DNA from: Takakia lepidozioides | Taxonomy: Eukaryota; Plantae; Bryophyta | DNA length: 64,000 nucleotides | Assembly (NCBI GenBank): GCA_030704615.1 | Contig: CM060731.1 | Coordinates: 78,182,001-78,246,000 of the forward strand | Reading direction: 5' to 3' | Part shown: positions 36,411 to 49,383 of the stretch, piece by piece | How the letters are laid out: every line of letters begins with the position of its first letter | Numbering within the stretch: the stretch's first letter is position 1 | The notes under the pieces: generated by a model | Told to the model about the DNA's origin: nothing | Database searches by the model: none | What the model saw: only the letters and a program-made list of their open reading frames with translations | Position numbers and translations under genes: made by a program

Positions 36411-39370
36411 AGGTTTGCATTTGAAACTTACAGACATGGAGCGTTACAGACATGGAGCAGTGAGGATGACGACCTTCACTACATCTCAGTTTATGGCTGC
36501 AAACTGATTGACTGTAGTGGTGCTGCAGCCTGCTAAGAGGACAGCATATTCAAGCCTGGGAGCAGACCGAGTCTTCTCTCCTATGGAGAGGGAGTTTGTT
36601 TCTGACATTGTGAGTTTCTGGCCCTGATCTGAAAGTTCTATGTGCATGTGACAGAAATATATCAACAAAAAAAGCATATGAGAAGACTCGTAGGAACGGG
36701 ACACCACCTAGGAACCGGGGAGAAGAGTATGCCACACCCGTCAGTAGCAAGATTCGACCCCAGAATCGTCTCGGTCGCACTTAGTGCACTTAGCCAACTG
36801 AGCTACCGACTGTTGGTTTTTAATTTCCGAATGGTAAATCACAAAAATCAAAAGTGATCACGGAAATCACTGTAGAGAAGCCAACGTCAACACACACAAG
36901 GAATCTGATACTCAGAGTGCCTGCACGTCTTCCAATGACATGAAAAACTCTGGTCTACAATTCCTAGTAGAAGTCTATCTTAACGCTCTTTGGTTCACTT
37001 GACTCACCGCCAAGTGTAGCCAAAACAAAACTTCAAGAATATTCACACCTAATCTCGATTCTCAATGGCACCCGATGCCCAGTGCACTACAACACACAAC
37101 CACGCCTTGGTGTTGAACCAATTGACCTGCCGACTCCCCTGGAAACAAAATTATTCTGGAATATCCTGCAAACTTGTCACACCATCGTGTCATGCAGTGT
37201 AACACAAAGCTGATGAACTCATTGATTGGTTCATGAAAACATACTTGTCATTAATTTGTGTCCCTTTTTCACAGGTTCTTGAAGTTGGTCCATGGTTGAA
37301 TACAGAAGCAGTCTAACTTAGTAGTATATTTCTATAGCGTGGAAAGGTGTGACAGCATCAAGAGAATATAGAAATGTCACCAAACACAAAAAAATAGAGC
37401 CAGTATCCCAATGAATCTCACCTTCTCAATACTCCATGAGCCATCACAAAATTTGTCCCCGTCACTCCTTGATAGAACGTAAGAAATCACATAACACGCG
37501 GTCAAACAAATCCTCCGCTTCTACCTGTCCAATATAGCCAATTAAACGATTATCTTGGCATTCAGATTGGAGTTTAGCTGGCTTCTTTGCAGGATAGGCA
37601 ACTACCAAGCTGATACAACCATCTTTGCATGCGGCAAGCGCCCTCGTTTTGGACTCGGAACTATTCTTGTACATCTGTTCCGGATCTGTAGTTGCCCACT
37701 GCTCTAGCCCACTGCACCTCAGATCGCAGCTTCAGTTGACAGAAGATAGGAATCTTCAAATTCCCAAGTCTCACAACAAAAAGAACATCAACTCCAGATC
37801 TGTCGTCAAAAATGAGGCATGGCGGACGAGATTTCTCTTCAGCATCAAGAAAATTTACTTACGGTGTGGATCCTATATGACTCCCTCCACACTCCTTCAC
37901 CTTCACCGGTAATCGTTGGCTTGTCCCTTGCGAATTTTGGAGGCAGGGTTGCATCCTTGAAACAGCACATATCGGCCAACAATTTTGTGCCGTCAAACAG
38001 CTTGGCCACATGAACTGTGAAAAGTTTCTCCCATGCCCTACCCATTGCACTGGGATCATCCTTGCAATCAACCATGTAGTCTTTAAGTGATTTCTCAAAT
38101 GAATGGTTGATCGTCAAATAGTTCATGATGCTATGATGGACTGTCGGTTCGACTATAGAGAGAAAGTGAATTGGGAACCTGTTGAATGGTGTAGCTGTCC
38201 AAGGCCACACTCGAGCAAAGTCATATCTCCGTCCGTTGAAATGAAATGGTATGTTCTCCCCTCCCTGCATAGGCAAAGGAGGTTCCTATTCTTTGCACCA
38301 AGGAAGCACCATTGAATGATTCTTCTTTCAGGACAAATGTTCCTTTTGCTCCACACAGAGCGCTCACAGCATAATAAATGGAAGTGCTGTCATTGGTGTT
38401 GCTTGTGATCTCCTTGAAATAGTTGTCTACTACCGTTATATCCCATCTTCCTCCAGCCTCCTCAGAAGGCGCTCGACACAACTTACCAAACACCTTCGAC
38501 GGCCTCTGAACTTTTCCAGCAGATACTGGGCATTGTCCTCCATATGATCATCCTCTAGCTTCAGGTACTCGCTGCAGAATTTCAGAACCTGACGCACATC
38601 TGTCCATGAAGAAAATTGAACCGGGCCACCACCCCCTTCTTTTGCAATCAGCGAACCTATGTCCGCTTCCAGCTTCAAAAAGCTGACACATGTACCAGCA
38701 ACAAATACTTTCTGCTTTGGCAATGCCATAGATGGCCCCACTAGGGCTTTGATCAACGGAGAAAAAATGGACCTTAGCTCTTTCGTCTCGGGGGATTCAT
38801 AGTCATTTACATTTTTCCTTCCCAACACCTGCGCTTCATCCAGCACTACAGTGAAAGTGTTGTTCCTAGTGTGTCCATTCTCTTGCAAAACAAAGATAGG
38901 GTTATATTCTCCTGTGCATCCAGTGAAATAGTTCTCATACGCACTTTTGCCTCTTGCATAGGTTTGCAATTGCATTTCAGGACACCTCACATACTTCTAT
39001 TCTAGTTTCCTGTCTCTCGGGATCTCCCTTTTTAGGTTTGATTCACAGGATCTGAAATTTTTCCAGGGGTGCATAACAGGCCTCCCTAAAAACTTGTTTG
39101 CCCGGATTGTGTTTATTTTGCACCCGGTGCATCCACGTTGTACTGCTACATTTGTTTTGACACTTTATGTGAACCCTGAACCCTAAACCTAAAATGTTGC
39201 CAAACTAGCTTTTCATTATAGAATAAGGAATGAGTTAAGGTTTAGGGTTTAGGTTAGAGCAGGTAGAAAGTGGCAAGTAAAGAGGTAGAGGTTGAAAGGT
39301 TGCAGAGGTGGCAACTGCAATAAACGATGGGCAAAGAGGGTTGGGGTCCCTTCAGTACTGCTGTGGAGAT
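34561..39370. repeat. Right arm of large inverted duplication
   Basis: Reverse complement of 18197-24016, lacking about 1.1-1.2 kb between the two SINE copies. Confidence 0.95.
37462..38861 (-). pseudogene. Second copy of Crinkler NTPase-REase module with several frameshifts
   Basis: Translations nearly identical to 18708-20110, split over several frames. Confidence 0.8.
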
Positions 39371-41045
39371 CCTTACATAATCTTGTATATTTGTGAGCGA
39401 TCACCACTTGTATTTAAGAGTGATCAGGTCAACCGAATGATCACCCAATTTAGAATGACCTGCCAAGCTTCGTGATACAATTATGCTAAATGCCCTTGTT
39501 TGCATGTAGACCTCGCCCTGGTTTGGAGCTTTGGAGGTCGGATCTCTCAGAGCTCGTTGTGGTTGTTTATGTTTCATATTCAATTTTTTAGTAAGCTAAA
39601 AAGGTATTGGTATTCTATAGAATGAGCTTGGAAAATTGAATGTAATGTTCAAGGCAGTTAATTTTGGCATGTTCTCTTAGTTACTCATTGTGCAAGTTTT
39701 TGGTGCAGGATTCTAGGGACTCTTGGCAATTCTTGGTCAGTTCTACTCATTTATGTTTCTACCCTTGTCTACTTTTACAGGCTAAGGGAGTCTGGCTCTT
39801 GCACCAAGTCAAGTTGAAGACTAAATTTCATTAAGTTCCTTCTACATGATTTGAGGGCCATCATTCACTTTTCCCGATTGTGGTTTCACATCCTTGGGCA
39901 TTGTGGGTCCAATGAGAAAGCCTAAAATTTGTACGGTCAATTATAGAAATTGTATCATTCTACTGCTGCTTATACTTAGCATGGTTAGTACATGCAATAA
40001 ACTTCTGAACCTCTCCACATGTCTTGAACTTTGGGGTTCGAATTTGTGAGTTCAGAGGGCTATCTTTCAGAGTGTCCTTTGCAAATATTATCTTGGTGCG
40101 ACTGATGGATTACCTTTAAGTAGACACTTGTAGGGGTTGGCTTGTTAGTGCCTCCTAGTTAGAGTTTCAAGAAATCGTGGTCTGATTCATTATAGATTTT
40201 AATCTAAACAAACCACCAGAGTCCTCAAAAGTTTTAGGGTTTAGGGTACTTCACCCTAAACCCCCCATTTCGATTCAGCATTGAAGCAATATCTTTGTTT
40301 TTCATAAACTTAGTGAAATTTTTAGCATTTGTAATTTATAGCATGAAACAACGTTGTTGTCAAATTGAAAGTACTGCTCTATAAACAGCCTCTGGTTTCA
40401 TACACAATGAAGTGCCTTTCTCTTTTCTTGTTTTGTTCCGAGGAATAATAATGACACATCAACAATAATGAATACCTTGTTTACTCGAGCGAAAACTGAA
40501 ACAGAAGTTTTAGTTTTGTCTTTATCACATCTACATTATCTGATGGAAAGCTAAGCTTGAAGAGTGAACTGTGAGTTCAACATGGAATCACGATTACATG
40601 GGAAGCCCAGAAACAGGGATGTTATCAGAATTGGTGAAACCACCTATGCAGTTGCGGAGGTCAAATCCTGCCTCAATGGCAACATTCAACATGACGTGCC
40701 GGAGAACAAGATAAGAGTGCATCAAAGGGATTGCTGACTCGAATTTGAAATCATGGAGTCACTAACTGAGGCTGTCATGGCCATCTGCAGAGTCCAAAAA
40801 ATCCAGTAAGGCCAACAAAGACATCTCCTAAACATTAAGAAAAACAGTGCTGTCATTGTACTGTACAGATCTATTGGACCTTGACCAAAAAAACCTCTAT
40901 ACACTCTGGGTACAAGAATCTCTGGTTCATTCTCCTAGAGTACATAGATGGCAGAATGAGGTTCATGGGTTTCCAAAAATTAAACCAGCAACACTTGTCT
41001 CCAAGAACTAAGTTCTTCGTAGCAACATTCTGCACATATCAAAAT

Positions 41046-41311
41046 TCAGTGTACACGCCCAGCAGGGATGCCCTCCCTATGAGCAAGATCGCCGAGTTTC
41101 TGCACATGTTCCAACATGACTTCCAGTTGCACACACTCTCTCTTGCGATCTTCAGTACTGGTGATGGGTCGTGAAATACCAAAATCGATCAAACAAACAC
41201 CTTAATGCCCCCTAAAATCAACCAAGATATTAGGGCATCGAATGTCCCCATGAAGAAGTGCACAGCAGCAAGTGCATCAACAGTCGCTTCCACCGCCTCT
41301 AGTCAAAACTC
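41046..41311 (-). pseudogene. Crinkler-type kinase C-lobe fragment
   Basis: After a TTTGCAG acceptor: VDALAAVH / LHGDIRCPNILVDFRGH*GVCLIDFGISR...ECVQLEVML (HGD..N and DFG motifs); has a stop and a frameshift. Confidence 0.7.
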
Positions 41312-41684
41312 CTGCAAACGACACATCCAACATATTAGACAACCACTTTGCTACAAGCTTAAGCAAGAACCGCAGACTCAAATAAGCGGGATGCCCAGTT
41401 CAGAGCAGACAACTTTCGAAGAATTACAGTGCAATCAGAATGAATTCCAACAGCTCCAGTTTTCTGGGATTCCCTCTCATTTGGCCAACAACAATTACCT
41501 CTCATTCTTTTTAGTCTGTTTGATTAGATCATCTAGAATTATGTGAAAAACTGGAGGTGCAATAAAACAGTGTACAAAAGGTCAATCAGAGAATATAGGT
41601 TAAAGAGAATCCAATTGCAGATTTAAGAGCAGAGCCTCAAACATGTAGCAACTAAGGACAAGGTTTTACCACCTTGCACAAACA

Positions 41685-43130
41685 TCAGCAAACATCAAGG
41701 TCACAAAATGAGAGATGAATGAGGATAAACCCACACACTGATAGCCAAGGATGTTGTAATGCCTGTGATGAACTGAGTTGTTTGTCAGTGAGCTTCCTTA
41801 TAAAGTCTTCAGCATGTGCTGTCCTTGCAACGGGGATATACTCATCCAGGAGTTTGCCAACACTATACATGTCTGAAAAGGGCGTATACTGGTTGCCCTC
41901 ATACATCTCCGGACACCAGGCTGAGAAAGGCTGAAATCCATCAAACAATTTGAAAGGAAAATCTGCTACAGATTCGAGGTCGATGAGCATGAAATCTGTA
42001 TCTGAAAGGCGCACAATATTTGGGAGTCGGATATCCCTGTGCACCAGGCCCGCACTGTGGAGGATACATAAGGCTTGGCAGACACACTGAGCCATCCACC
42101 TGCATTCCTCTTCAGACTCCAATCTGCATTGGTATCCAAGAGGACCAAACTCAACTCTGTAGGATCCATGAGCAGTTTCGAAAGGCAATGCCACCATCTG
42201 CGGCAGAAACTTACATGTTCTCGCAGCAGCATAAGCCCTCTTTATCATGGTAATATCCGTCCCCTGGTCAGCACTATAACTAGAAAAGTCTCTAATGTGC
42301 TTCGCCACTTTGTCATCATAAAAGTAAATACTCCTCCTTCCATCGGTGACTTTTCCAAAGAAAACATGGCACGGCGACCTGGGACTACCGGAACAGAGTC
42401 ATGCATTTTCTTCATTAGCTGGAAGGCATAGCCTACGCTGAGTAAAAATGGCAGCGATCAGAAATATCTGATAGGTTAAGACGTCGACCCACTGGATACA
42501 ACTCCTTCGGACCTCTCCTACCGATGTACACCCACTGAAATTCAGTGCCTGCTGCTATGTAGCCTAGAATAAATTTCAATTCCCCATAAAACATCGGATT
42601 AAGCGACCTCATCTTAGAACGAAGATCGATTTCAGCTGCAAGCAAGTTGCCAACCTTGTCTTCACCTACTAGGAAGGTGCATCCAAAGGCTATGCCAATC
42701 GTATCAGGCCTTGTCCTGTGTGCAGTAGTTTGGGTGAAACTGTACCGCGCCCTTTCAGTAGAATTGAACGAAAACGTGACCTTAAAACCGGCCACATATT
42801 GCTTGAAAAAGCCAAAGAACTCTTGCAAGCCGCCGCATGCAACGAGGAACGATGTTTGTATCTCGGTGACTATCTCCTCAAGTTGGCGCGATAGGAAGGC
42901 TCCCACTAAACAAGGAAGTCTTGAACCATCTGTCTCGATTAAAACATTCGCCGCCAACTCGGGCATTGTTGTTGATACAGACTCATAGGTCTGCGGCGTT
43001 ACAGGAAGCTTCCGATGCTGCTCAGGGAACAATACCTTTTCAAGACCGGCCTTTTTTGGGGGAGCTCAGGTAGCTGTGGGAGCAGCATGTACCTGATCCA
43101 AGCTTCGGAACGATCATTGCGATAACCTGC
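41685..43130 (-). pseudogene. Crinkler/RHS-type REase plus protein kinase module (gene B C-terminus), frameshifted
   Basis: RPDT....FLVGEDK...DLRSK...YG...ILGYIAAG (PD-ExK), then LHSAGLVHRDIRLPNIV...LIDLE...SDMYSVGKLL...ALQHPWL. Confidence 0.82.
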
Positions 43131-43149
43131 TTGAGATGTATCACAAACA

Positions 43150-46100
43150 ACAGCAACAAAATGACTCAGAATAACAATAGAAGTGGATGCAAGGACGGCA
43201 AGCACTCACAAAGTGAACGACCAAAATGACAGTCAACTACCAGAATATCAAGGCAGAAGTTACCATGATCCGGTGACAAACGAACCCCTCACTATCAGCA
43301 AACTCAGGCCACAGGACCCTAAGAATCTCAAATCACCACAAGGCAACTCGTTACTCTAGCTAATCATTGTCCAGACAAACTCCAGAAACAAAACCTAAGT
43401 ATCAAGAACTACAAATACTCGATGCAACAAATAAAGACAACCCTAGGCACTCACGAGAAATGAGGGGTTTGAACGATACTACTCATATTTGCAGCCACGC
43501 ATCAAACAAACCCTAGTTATGAAAAGAATCAAGAAAAGATCCCAGCATCAGCAACCTAGTGCCAAGAATCTACACAACCTCTGAATTACACCAAACGGGA
43601 CGTTGGGGATTTAGGGGACCCTGCGGGAGTAAACATAACCTACGGGACAAACAGCTCCAGTAAGTACAAGAAGACATACCCTACAACCCTTGCTACGAAA
43701 GCCTTGCAAAAATTATGGAGTGAAGGCAAGTGGAGCTTCTGCCTGCTTCACAAAGTTTGCAAAGCTTTCAAAAACCTTGAAACGATCTGGTGACAACAAA
43801 CCCTAAGTACTAAACCTCACTATTAGCAAACTCAGGCCGCAGAGCCCTAAGAAACTCAGACCGCCACAGGAAAACCTAAATTATCCCGATGACAAAAACC
43901 CCGATGACAGGGAGAAGGGTTTACCACTGCCTTTACTTGTGTCTGTTGTTGAAGGAGCATCCTGGGTCCAAGGAATCGCTTGACTGCTTAAACTACTCGA
44001 ACTCAAGACAGAAAAACAAAGAAAAGCAACAAAAGCAGGAAGAAAAGCAAAACCCTGCTACCTGTTGTAGGTGCTACAAAATCTTGAGAAGTATCCCCAC
44101 AACAGATGTATGTGACCAACCCATGTTGTTGAGTTGCATCTATCATGTAGTGCTCAACCACAATTCCACATATAAATAACAAACAACCGTGTCTTCAAAG
44201 GACCCTCCTCACATTTTACTTGTTAACATGGATCTATCGAATGAATAAACTGCGTGTATCAACCGTACACAGGATCACACACGGGATTGGGAGAAGCTGT
44301 TGAAAACCCCGAGTGCACAACGCAGCCAAGAAACCAAAAAATTGCAAAACACTTGACTCCATGCTACGCATTGAACGAATCATCGAACAAATCAGCAACT
44401 GCAGCGGGTTCAAAAATCAACTGCCCATCAAGAATTCAAATGTGCCTGCCCATCATCAGAATGCAGACATAAAAACAAACGGGCTCAGACTGCCCTAGGC
44501 AACCCATCGACATTCACCAGACTCTCTCCATGACGCACTATCTGACACCCTAGCTAATGGGTGAACACTGCCACAGAAGGTTTTGCAGCCAAGGCGGTTT
44601 TGGTTAACTCACATAAGTCTGGGGGAGTAAACATAACCTACGGGAAAAACAGCTCCAGTAAGTACAAGAAGACATACCCTACAACCCTTGCTACGAAAGC
44701 CTTGCAAAAATTTATGGAGTGAAGGCAAGTGGAGCTTCTGCCTGCCTCACAAAGTTTGCAAAGCTTTCAATAACCTTGAAACGATCTGGTGACAACAAAC
44801 CCTAAGTACTTAAACCTCACTATCAGCAAACTCAGGCCGCAGAGCCCTAAGAAACTCAGACCGCCACAGGAAAACCTAAATTATCCCGATGACAAAACCC
44901 CGATGACAGGGAGAAGGGTTTACCACTGCCTTTACTTGTGTCTGTTGTTGAAGGAGCATCAACCTGCTTAAAGGTATAGTCTCCTGGGTCCAAGGAATCG
45001 CTCCCAAGCAGCAGAACTCCCTCTTGATTAAACAAATCCCCATATTGATTTGCATTGTCATCGGGTGTCTAGAGGGCAAGTATGAAAATAAAGTAACCCC
45101 ACCTTCAAAGGGAAATCGTTAACCGCACGTCACTACCCTAACACTAGTCATAGCTAAGAAACAAACTAATCACGAAGAATTGTCCCTTTTCTTTCCACTA
45201 TTGTTCTATTGTTGTTCTATCTTGAATCTTTGGCATTCCGTCCTTAAGCTCCCGACGAGATGAATTCAAGGTCAGATGGTGGGGTCAGCTGCAACATATG
45301 CCCAACACCAGATATCCTAAGTTAATCGACTCTATATCTTGGAAACAGGACCGCCCTGTCAAACAGGCTAAGTCCTGGCAGAAGAGAGTAGAAGAGATTC
45401 TCAAGGACCTGGACCTGGAGCCGCAAGTCTTGACCCTGCTGGATAAATCTGACTTAGAGGCTGTAGTGTCCAAAGCCATGTCTTTTGCCATGAGATTGTC
45501 TGATAAAAATGAATAGGCAGAAAACTTCCCTGAACCTGTTTCCAGTCAGTGACATGGGGGAGGACATCTTGGATGACCTCAAGGGTCTACCCACTCTCGG
45601 CACTAGACTGAAATTTAAACTCAGGGCAGGAAGCCTACCTTTGAACAGCAAACAGAAGCAGAGAGGAAAGAGAGAGTGCAATTGCCCGTTGTGTGGGCAA
45701 TCTGAAGACAGTATTCATTTTTTGATACACTGTCCAGGGTTCTCTCACCAAAGAGACGCTCTCTTCAAATCTATCAAGGGAATTGTGCCTGTACCCCTGT
45801 TTACCAACTTTGAAAGTCTCGAGGCTGAGCCGAAAGCCCAGGCCCTGCTGAGGCCACACACAGCAGATTGATGCTTGTGTGAAGGGATTTCTAGAGGATA
45901 TCTGGAAAACCCGGATTAATTCTATATATCAAGGTAAGTCTTACTACCAACGTCAGCCCCTGACAGAGGTAGGTTCTATCCCTTTTGTTCCCGCTCAAAC
46001 TGGGCGCGGGGTCAATGTCCACAAGGCTACGTAAGTCACCAACAACCACATTCTGTCATCGACCAATTAACGGCTCAAAACATGCGCACAATTTCGGCTA

Positions 46101-49100
46101 GAGCTTTCTATCCTCTGAAGATGGTACTCAAGAAATCGTAAAGGTTTGAACAACACTACTGATTCGCAGGTCACATGCATCAAAGTACTGACGCTACCAA
46201 GAAGCTGCTTGTAATGCTAAAAATATGCAAATATCTCAAGATACTAGATTCAGTTTGAAATACCCTGTCCTAACAAACAACCGTGTCTTTCAAAGGACCC
46301 CCCTCATATTTTACTTGTTAACATGGATCTATCGAATGAATAAACTGCATGTATCAACCGTACACAGGATCACACACGGGATTGGGAGAAGCTGTTGAAA
46401 CCCTGAGTGCACAACGCCGCCAAGAAACCAAAAAAATTGCAAACACTTGACTCCAAGCTACGCATTGAACGAATCACAAATCAGCAACTGCAGCAGGTTC
46501 AACAATCAACTGCCCAATTGTCTTGCGAGAATTCAAATGTGCCTGCCCATCATCAGAATTGCAGACATAAAAACAAACGGGCTCAGACTGCCCTAGGCAA
46601 CCCATCGACATTCACCAGACTCTCTCCATGACGCACTATCTGACACCCTAGCTAATGGGTGAACTCTGTCACAGAAGGTTCTGCAGCCAAGGCGGTTTTG
46701 GTTAACTCACATAAGTCACCAACAACCACATTCTGTCATCGACCAATTAACAGCTCAAAACATGCGCACAATTTCGGCTAGAGCTTTCTATCTTCTGAAG
46801 ATGGTACTCAAGAAATCGTAAAGGTTTGAACAACACTACTGATTCGCAGGTCACATGCATCAAAGTACTGAAGAGAGAACAGAAACTCATTCTTCACACA
46901 TTGGTAGCAAACCCTACAAACTTACACTCACCAGACTCCCTCCTTGACGCACTATCTGACACCCTAAACCATCAACCATGGTTTCCATAACCAACAATCC
47001 CACAAAGAAAGTAGCCTGCGAAGACAGACACAACACCGTTCAACCAAGAAGCAAGAGACGTAACAAAAATCAGATGAAGATTTGAAACCCTAACCCTGTA
47101 CATACTCTTGGGATGCCATTGAGCCCGTCCAAAACTGTTGCGGTTATGGTTATGGATGCAAAAAATCCAAGAGAGCTCCAGAGACACAAAGGAAGACTCC
47201 CTCTCCCTCACAATAAAAATAGAAGTGGATGCGAGGACGGCAATCACTCACAAGTGAACTACCAAAATGACGGTTTAGAGTTAGGGTTTCAGGCCACACA
47301 ACACTTTAAACCTGCCATCATCTGCCGCAATCTGACCGACCACTGCGCTTCAAGAGATTCAGAAGGGCTTGCCCTCTGACCTTGCACGAAAAGTGCCCAC
47401 AAAGGTTCACGGCCAGACATTTCCAAGAAGCAGTGCAATGCAGCAAGCTCAACAAAATGGCAACTCAAAACCATAGAACATGATCCGGCAACTTTTTCTT
47501 CAGCCATTCTCTGAGGGTAGGAGGCGCTGCCCGCATCAATCTATCAACCAACAAAATGACTAGGAATATAAATTGGACGCTGCCATACGCTGGCTCTTAT
47601 CAGACTGCTCGACAGCTCTATGAGCAGCCTGATTAGCATCGTTCTAGAAAATACATTCTAGAGAATTACCCTGGGTGATGCCTACCTGCAGGATATTGCA
47701 GGGAAAGGAAACAAAGAGAACTCACTCATTCATCAGGAGTAACTACAGATAACCAGATAAGGAAAAACTTAAGTAATCTGCTGTAGAGCCATATAAATAA
47801 CAAACAACCGTGTCTTTCAAAGGACCCTCCTCATATATTACTTGTTAACATGGATCTATCGAATGAATAAACTGCGTGTATCAACCGTACACAGGATCAC
47901 ACACGGGATTGGGAGAAGCTGTTGAAACCCTGAGTGCACAACGCAGCCAAGAAACCAAAAAAATTGCAAACACTTGACTCCAAGCTATGCATTGAACAAA
48001 TCAGCAACTGCAGCGGTTTCAACAATCAACTGCCCAATTGTCTTGCAAGAATTCAAATGTGCCTGCCCATCACCAGAATTGCAGACATAAAAACAAACGG
48101 GCGCAACCCATCGACATTCACCAGACTCTCTCCATGACACACTATCTGACACCCTAGCTAATGGGTGAACACTGTCACAGAAGGTTCTGCACCTGACGAA
48201 GGAATGCGTTAGAAGACAAGCTGCTCATTGGCATTTGAGATCATAATCAACCAAGGATTCTGAAGTCATACCTAATATTATCATTTCCTCTTCAAAAGGA
48301 GCAAATGATCCGGTGACGACAAACTCTAAACCCTAAACCTGACCAGGTTAGGACATCTTTTCTTCTCACAAGATCTGAGACTTAAACCCTGTTTGAAGTG
48401 ATGTTGTGTGCTGAGTTTTATGAGATGGTTAAAAAATTAAAGAAGGACATTATGCGATTGAAATGACTCTATATCTACCTCACACCAATATGCTACTTGT
48501 TGATCAATCTCTGATTGCTCCAAAAGAATTGGAGGCCCAAATTAAGACCATGTGATTCACTCTGCTTGAAATATCCAGTCTAATCCTGCTCTACTGGCAC
48601 ATGTCAGAGCGAGTTTCCTCCTACAATCCCATCAATGTTCTCCTTTTTCTTAGAGACCTCCTCTTTCTTAGTTATCTCTGCCCTTCTCTTGTCGCTTCCT
48701 TCTCACAAGGGGGTTGCTAATAGAAGTGATAGTGATCGTTTGTGGACTTTTGAATGTTAAGAATTACTGATACTTGTAGCGTGAAATAAAAAAACCCTAG
48801 CTATCAAAAGTATCAAGAAAAGATCCCAGCATCAGCAGCGGTATTCGAAGAAAAAAATTGAACGAAAAAACAGAGAAAAGAAGACAAGAACGCAGAACAC
48901 TTTAAACCTGCCCTCATCTGCCGCAATCTGACCCACCTTAAGAAAATAATAGTCCTTTAGGTCTGGAAACCTTCAAGTGCAAACCCTCACAAGCTGCTGG
49001 GGGTGCTACAAAAGAATAAACCACAAGTATCAACCAACAAAACGACTTGGAATAAAAATAGAAGAGGGTGTAAGGACAGCAATCACTGTACTATTGATAA

Positions 49101-49330
49101 CATACCAGCAGCTTCAGAGGGTTCAAAGCAAAAAACATAACGAAAAAAAAACAAACCATAAACGCTACCAAGAAGCTGCTTGTAATGCTGCAAATATCTC
49201 AAGATACTAGATTCAGTTTGAAATACCCTGTCCTGGCTGTCGCGCTTTGGATGAAATGCCTTCTTGAATCCTCTTCTGTTCCCAGTACCAGCCAAGAATC
49301 TACATAACCTAATAGATGTAGGTTATTTGT
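43150..49330. repeat. Shuffled array of 0.1-1.2 kb modules filling the presumed intron of gene B
   Basis: At least six modules recur 2-5 times in varying order, all in the same orientation. Confidence 0.85.
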
Positions 49331-49383
49331 CAAATTGCAGACATTATCTTAAGAAATTTCTGCAAACAAGAACACACACTAAC

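Noticed and set aside
37207-37247. Hammerhead-like CTGATGA...GAAA (mirror copy near 20330-20365)
   Set aside because: Stem II cannot form in register and stem III is not palindromic.
46111-46144. Hammerhead-like CTGAAGA...GAAA..TA (also near 46795)
   Set aside because: Stems II and III are inadequate, and it is not in a pLTR context.
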